DNA of 64,000 nt. Source: Candidatus Cloacimonadales bacterium (GTDB lineage Bacteria > Cloacimonadota > Cloacimonadia > Cloacimonadales > JAIOQZ01). Positions 59,769 through 64,000 of this stretch are shown here, piece by piece. The position numbers and the translations under genes are program-made. The stretch lies in the NCBI GenBank assembly GCA_963662655.2, contig CAXXTU010000002.1:2880001-2944000 (forward strand), given 5' to 3'. Under the pieces are notes generated by a model, which was not told the origin of the DNA, did no database searches, and was given only the letters and a program-made list of their open reading frames with translations. Position 1 is the first letter of the stretch; every line of letters starts with the position of its first letter.

Positions 59769-61901
59769 TCAGTTGATGATGTATGTCAGACGCAGGTAGA
59801 AGAGGTGGTTCAGGATGTTGTAATCGGCAACGTCCTCGTTGTAGGTCAGGGTGAATTTATAGTCGAGCGAAACCTGCTTGAACAGGCGCAGGTTCAGGAT
59901 GTTTTCCCATTCGTAGCTTGGGTTGTCGTTGTCGAACGGGAAAAGGATATCGAGGTTGGAATCGTAGGAGAGGTTGAAAGGGAGCTCGATGCTGGCCACA
60001 ACCGAGAATTCGACGCCTTCCTGCGTGGAGTTACCCACTTCATTATAAACGTTGTAGGTGACGTCCGTTTCTCCCGAAACTTCGTCGGAGAAGCTGTAGA
60101 TATATACGTCCTTGGCGTAAAGCTGCCGGAAGCCGAATCCCAGCCTCGTGCTGAGGCTGCTTCGCTGTTTGTCCAGAATACGCCAGTTGATGCCGAAGCC
60201 TTCCTTGAACTCAGCGGGTTGCCAGGGCTCCTTGATTTTCACTTCGTCCCTCGCGAGCAGGGTGTCACGAACGCCCTCGGTATCGATGAAGATATAGTTG
60301 CGCTCATCGGAAGTATAAACTTTCTCCGGGAAGAAGTGGGTATTGGCGTCGCCGCGAACGTATAAGCCGAAGGATTTGACCAGGTAATAAACCAGCGTGT
60401 TTCGGAGATTGAAATAGTCGTCCGATGCCCGGATGTCCGTCTCCTCCTCTTTGCTGAGTCCAGCCTCGACCAGCAGTTTGCTGGTGAAGTGGTATGGATA
60501 GCGATCGTATACCAGGCGGTTATCGAGCTGCATGGTGGCTTTATACACGGTTGTCGGGTTGGACTTATCGTTGGTGTTGTCGCTTGAGATGTTTCCGTTC
60601 GCGTGGATTGCGCTGTAGATATCGAGATGCTTCTCTTCCTTGCTTACGACTGCTTCATCCAGAACGCCAGCGCCGATCAGGCTCTCGAAATCGCCATTGT
60701 CGTTCGTGTTGACAACGATCGTGAGGATTTGATAGGTGCCTTCTTCCAGGAAGACGGTCGAGAAATTCTGGTAGGTATTGAACGGCTCATTATTGACGGT
60801 GATTTTGTAGAGCCCCGGTCGCAGAACCCATACGCGATCTTTCTCACCGATGTCCTCTTCGGCGGGGATGTCGGAGCCGAAGCTTTCACCATTCGACTGG
60901 TCGAATATTTCGTAGCGTACCTTCATGTAGTTGCGGCTTTCATCCACGATTTTTACTTTCAGCGCTCCCCATTCCGGATTCAGCACGGTCTTATACCGGG
61001 GAATGATTTCGATGTTGGCTTTCTCGATCATCTGATCCGTGTCGCCGGAGCCCATTGAGAGGGTGTATTTTCCCTTCCACAGGGGAAGCGCTTCTCCCAT
61101 TTTCCCGGGCGTGACCATCCCGTATTTATCGGCAACAGTGAATTGGGGCTCCTCGTCCGTCTCGCTGATGGCCGGAAGCAGGAGGAGTCCCATGCCGCTG
61201 GGAAGCTCTTCCTCCGATCCCACGGAAAGAATCTGGCTATCGCCTCCGGATATTTCATTCGCGATGATCTCTTCGGCTGTTTCGCCCTGATCGAAGAATC
61301 GATAGATTCGCCGGATGAAGTTATCCGTCTCTTCGAGCAGGAGCTCGTTCACCTTCTGGACGAAAGTCTCGATCTCATCATCCACCATGTATACCACGCG
61401 ATTGACCGAGTGGGAGAGGAATATCGTCTGCTCGTTGGCTCGTTTCAGATGGAATTCGATATTGAGGCGAGCGGCGCGGTACGGATTCACTTCGGAAGAA
61501 TAGAGCTCGATGTTATTGATCTTCGTGGTGATTTCGAAGTCCGGAACCTCACTGAAGTATTCCTGATGGACTTTGGAGAAGACGTTGTATCGTTTCAGGC
61601 GTTGGACGACCAGTCCCGATACCATTTCGGACAGCTTCCCGCCCCAGTTGTCGTAATCCGAGTAGGTGAGTTTGGGTCCGAAGTGGCGCAGGACAATCTG
61701 GCGCCGGGTGTATGTGCGTGCGATATCGGCTTCGCTAACCAGAACCTTGTAGGGTAGAGGCGTTTCGCGCTTCAGTGAATCTACTTCCGTGTGCTGGTAG
61801 TATTCCATGACGTAGTAGTTTCTGGGTGCAATTTCTTCAACCGTACATCCGATAAGCAGGATAATGACCAGTGCCGTGAGTATCCAGATCGTTCGCTTCA
61901 T
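59769..61901 (-). CDS. PqiC-like ABC auxiliary lipoprotein fused to beta-sandwich repeats and a predicted C-terminal beta-barrel
   Basis: Lipobox LIGC; YYVM...YTRRQIV...YSDYDNW pattern of ABC_trans_aux; C-terminal ~280 aa of alternating amphipathic strands. Confidence 0.72.
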   Translation of the reverse strand: MKRTIWILTALVIILLIGCTVEEIAPRNYYVMEYYQHTEVDSLKRETPLPYKVLVSEADIARTYTRRQIVLRHFGPKLTYSDYDNWGGKLSEMVSGLVVQRLKRYNVFSKVHQEYFSEVPDFEITTKINNIELYSSEVNPYRAARLNIEFHLKRANEQTIFLSHSVNRVVYMVDDEIETFVQKVNELLLEETDNFIRRIYRFFDQGETAEEIIANEISGGDSQILSVGSEEELPSGMGLLLLPAISETDEEPQFTVADKYGMVTPGKMGEALPLWKGKYTLSMGSGDTDQMIEKANIEIIPRYKTVLNPEWGALKVKIVDESRNYMKVRYEIFDQSNGESFGSDIPAEEDIGEKDRVWVLRPGLYKITVNNEPFNTYQNFSTVFLEEGTYQILTIVVNTNDNGDFESLIGAGVLDEAVVSKEEKHLDIYSAIHANGNISSDNTNDKSNPTTVYKATMQLDNRLVYDRYPYHFTSKLLVEAGLSKEEETDIRASDDYFNLRNTLVYYLVKSFGLYVRGDANTHFFPEKVYTSDERNYIFIDTEGVRDTLLARDEVKIKEPWQPAEFKEGFGINWRILDKQRSSLSTRLGFGFRQLYAKDVYIYSFSDEVSGETDVTYNVYNEVGNSTQEGVEFSVVASIELPFNLSYDSNLDILFPFDNDNPSYEWENILNLRLFKQVSLDYKFTLTYNEDVADYNILNHLFYLRLTYIIN

Positions 61902-61909
61902 GATATCCT

Positions 61910-62806
61910 CTATTTACGTTTGGTTCGCAGCAGGAGCGAAGGTTCTTCGTCGATTTGTCTTGAAAATTCATTCAGGTAGTCGACCGTTTCTTTCATGGTT
62001 TCTACCACAGAGACGACGTCGTCTCTGATTTTGAGCATCATGTTGTTCAGGTTGGTGGTGATGCTGCCCGTCATTTCCGTTGTTTTCGCAAGGTTGTCCG
62101 TGATAATGACCGCATTGGCAATGACTCTGTCCGCCTCTTCCGAATAGAGGATATCGTTGAGTCGGTTCATGGCGTCGTTCATGGACACGACCATCTCGTT
62201 CAGGCTGGAGGTGGTGTAGTTCACGTTGTTCATGATCTGGTTGATGTGCTGACGATTTTCCGAGACCAGCAGGTCGAGGTTTTGAAGAATGTTGGCGATA
62301 TTCCGCTGGTTTTCTTCGCTTGTTATTTCAGCAACGTGCAGTAATACGACTTCCAGTTTTTCGGTAACGGATGCAATTCCTCCGGTGATATCGCCCATGA
62401 GCGATGTTCCCGCCTTAATCTGCGAGCCAGGTTTCAGCGTCTTCGCCTGATTGCTGCCGCCCACAAGTTCGATCAGTTTCAGTCCCGTGATACCTTGAGG
62501 CAGGAGGTTTGCCACCATATCTTCCTTGATCGGGGTGCCTTGCTCTACCTCCACGTAGACTTCTATGATTCCCACATCATCCTGATTGATGCGCATTTCC
62601 GTTACGGATCCGACCTGATACCCGCGATATTTGACCATCGCGCCAATCTGGAGTCCGTTGACGGAAACGTTCTGGTAGGAGATCATGTACGAGTCTTTTT
62701 TCTTGAGGAGCTTCTCGCCTGCGATCAGCACAATCAGTAAAATCATGAGTGACAGACTGACAACGAGGAACACGCCCAAACGAACTTTCTGAGCTTTACT
62801 TACCAT
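61910..62806 (-). CDS. mlaD: MlaD/MCE family protein
   Basis: AGGAG RBS; VRLGVF, SVNGLQIGAMVKYRGYQVGSV, QGITGLKLIEL, helical tail, PSLL. Confidence 0.88.
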   Translation of the reverse strand: MVSKAQKVRLGVFLVVSLSLMILLIVLIAGEKLLKKKDSYMISYQNVSVNGLQIGAMVKYRGYQVGSVTEMRINQDDVGIIEVYVEVEQGTPIKEDMVANLLPQGITGLKLIELVGGSNQAKTLKPGSQIKAGTSLMGDITGGIASVTEKLEVVLLHVAEITSEENQRNIANILQNLDLLVSENRQHINQIMNNVNYTTSSLNEMVVSMNDAMNRLNDILYSEEADRVIANAVIITDNLAKTTEMTGSITTNLNNMMLKIRDDVVSVVETMKETVDYLNEFSRQIDEEPSLLLRTKRK

Positions 62807-62967
62807 TATCCAACTCCTGAACGCACTTGTGGGAAATCTTATGCTGAGAATTCTGAAAGAAATCTCTCTTGTCAACTCTGAAATACAATCTTCGCTAATT
62901 TATGCCATTTTATCCCATTTTCTGCCTGCTCAACGTGCTGGCGATTTGCATACGTTTCCCCGACTCA

Positions 62968-63084
62968 GCTCCGCGGGGCGGCGTGTGCGCTTCGCGCACG
63001 ACTCCCTTTTCGCGCTGCCTGGCCAGGCAGCGCGAAAAGGGAGTCAGTAAGCCGGGAACGGCTTACAACGCCGCCCCGCGGAGC
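62968..63084. repeat. Four-way-junction palindromic intergenic element, copy 4
   Basis: Outer GCTCCGCGGGGCGGCGT/ACGCCGCCCCGCGGAGC; inner GTGCGC-TTC-GCGCAC, GACTCCCTTTTCGCGCTGCCTGG/CCAGGCAGCGCGAAAAGGGAGTC and GTAAGCCG-GGAA-CGGCTTAC. Confidence 0.82.
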
Positions 63085-63122
63085 GAAGATCGAGCAGATA
63101 ACCGTCGAGCAGCGGAATTCCG

Positions 63123-63158
63123 AAAAAAAAGCCTCCCGCGAAAACGCGGGAGGCTTTT
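63123..63158 (-). terminator. Intrinsic (potentially bidirectional) terminator
   Basis: A8-GCCTCCCGCG-AAAA-CGCGGGAGGC-T4. Confidence 0.85.
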
Positions 63159-63175
63159 GTATAGCCGTATATCGT

Positions 63176-64000
63176 CTACTTCATCATCAGCATCTTGCGA
63201 GTTGATTCTTTGCTGCCGATACGTGTTTTGTAGAAATAAATGCCGCTGGATACGTTCTTGCCGTAGGCGTCGTCGCCGCGCCAGACGATGTTGTGCATGC
63301 CGGCGTCGAGTCGATCGTTCAGCAGGGTTTTCACCTTCTGTCCGCGGATATTGTAGATGTCGATCGTGACAGGTGTATTTGCCTTCTGAACCGAGAGACG
63401 AATGGTCGTTTCGGGGTTGAAAGGATTCGGGCTATTTCCGTAAACCTTGTCGACGAAGTTAACCACTTCATCTCCGGCATCCATTCCTGATGTGGAGGCT
63501 ACCAGCGCAAGCAGGCTGAGCGTATTGAACGGATCGTTGCTTGTTAGGAGCGCGTTCGCGGAGTAAACCGCTTCTTCCTGCGGCGCGAAGGTAATCTGGA
63601 ACGTTGCCATTCCCATGGACACAACCGAATACTCGATTTCGTTCCTGCCCGGTTCGCCAATGCTGAATCCTTCCGGGACGTCGATGGTTCCGTTGAGCTG
63701 CGCAACGCCAAGGTTGAAGATGTTGAATTGACGTGTGACGGTTTCGCCCACATCGATGACGCCGAAGTTCAACTGGGTGGTGTCGAGCAAGAACCCGGGA
63801 ACCTCTTCCGGCGCGTTCGCCGGGAACGAAATGTTGTCGATCCAACCGCAGTCGGAACCGGAATCGACAAATCCGTCCTTCAGATAGGTCCATGTGAAAG
63901 TATGGATACCGGCGGAAACCGGGTACGCGGAGCGTGACCAGTCTACTTCGCCGTCCCAACGTCCCTGTTCTTCATCGTCGATGGCGAAGAACATGTAATC
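63176..64000 (-). CDS. C-terminal part of a secreted protein with an Ig-like (ASH/choice-of-anchor D-like) domain and T9SS-type sorting domain; truncated by the window edge
   Basis: LNFGVIDVGET...FNIFNLG; GNSPNPFNPETTI...IYNIRGQKVKTL...SSGIYFYK...RKMLMMK. Confidence 0.85.
   Translation of the reverse strand, partial: DYMFFAIDDEEQGRWDGEVDWSRSAYPVSAGIHTFTWTYLKDGFVDSGSDCGWIDNISFPANAPEEVPGFLLDTTQLNFGVIDVGETVTRQFNIFNLGVAQLNGTIDVPEGFSIGEPGRNEIEYSVVSMGMATFQITFAPQEEAVYSANALLTSNDPFNTLSLLALVASTSGMDAGDEVVNFVDKVYGNSPNPFNPETTIRLSVQKANTPVTIDIYNIRGQKVKTLLNDRLDAGMHNIVWRGDDAYGKNVSSGIYFYKTRIGSKESTRKMLMMK

Overview
Bacterial chromosomal window, probably from an FCB-superphylum diderm such as Cloacimonadota. 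This is inferred from a SprA homologue and several proteins ending in a YPNPFNP...IYN(V/I)RGQ.V.TL...SGVYFYK...RKMLLLK FlgD/T9SS-type sorting domain. Most of the window is housekeeping: greA, M18 aminopeptidase, cpoB, bamD, nadD, rsgA, nadK, recN, eno, lnt, recJ, RNase P RNA, nadC, ruvB, coaX, sprA, rsmI, rarA, a sugar ABC ATPase, a C25 protease and an MCE/Mla operon. I saw no CRISPR array, tRNA, rRNA or transposase. The most unusual locus is 23.8-29.1 kb. A ~1260-aa degenerate kinase-TPR-GAF-sigma54 activator gene is flanked on both sides by outward-facing -24/-12 promoters with the same non-canonical form (TGGCAC-N5-GTGCA). Three TTCCCA-N4-TGGGAA palindromes lie just downstream of the gene. 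Each promoter leads into a short structured leader with a small ORF and a hairpin/U-tract, ahead of a methyltransferase plus secreted protein on one side and a MacB-like permease on the other. Also notable: four dispersed intergenic four-way-junction palindromic elements that conserve structure but not sequence, and an MCE operon whose PqiC-like lipoprotein is fused to a predicted beta-barrel. All calls come from motif recognition by eye; no searches or folding programs were run.
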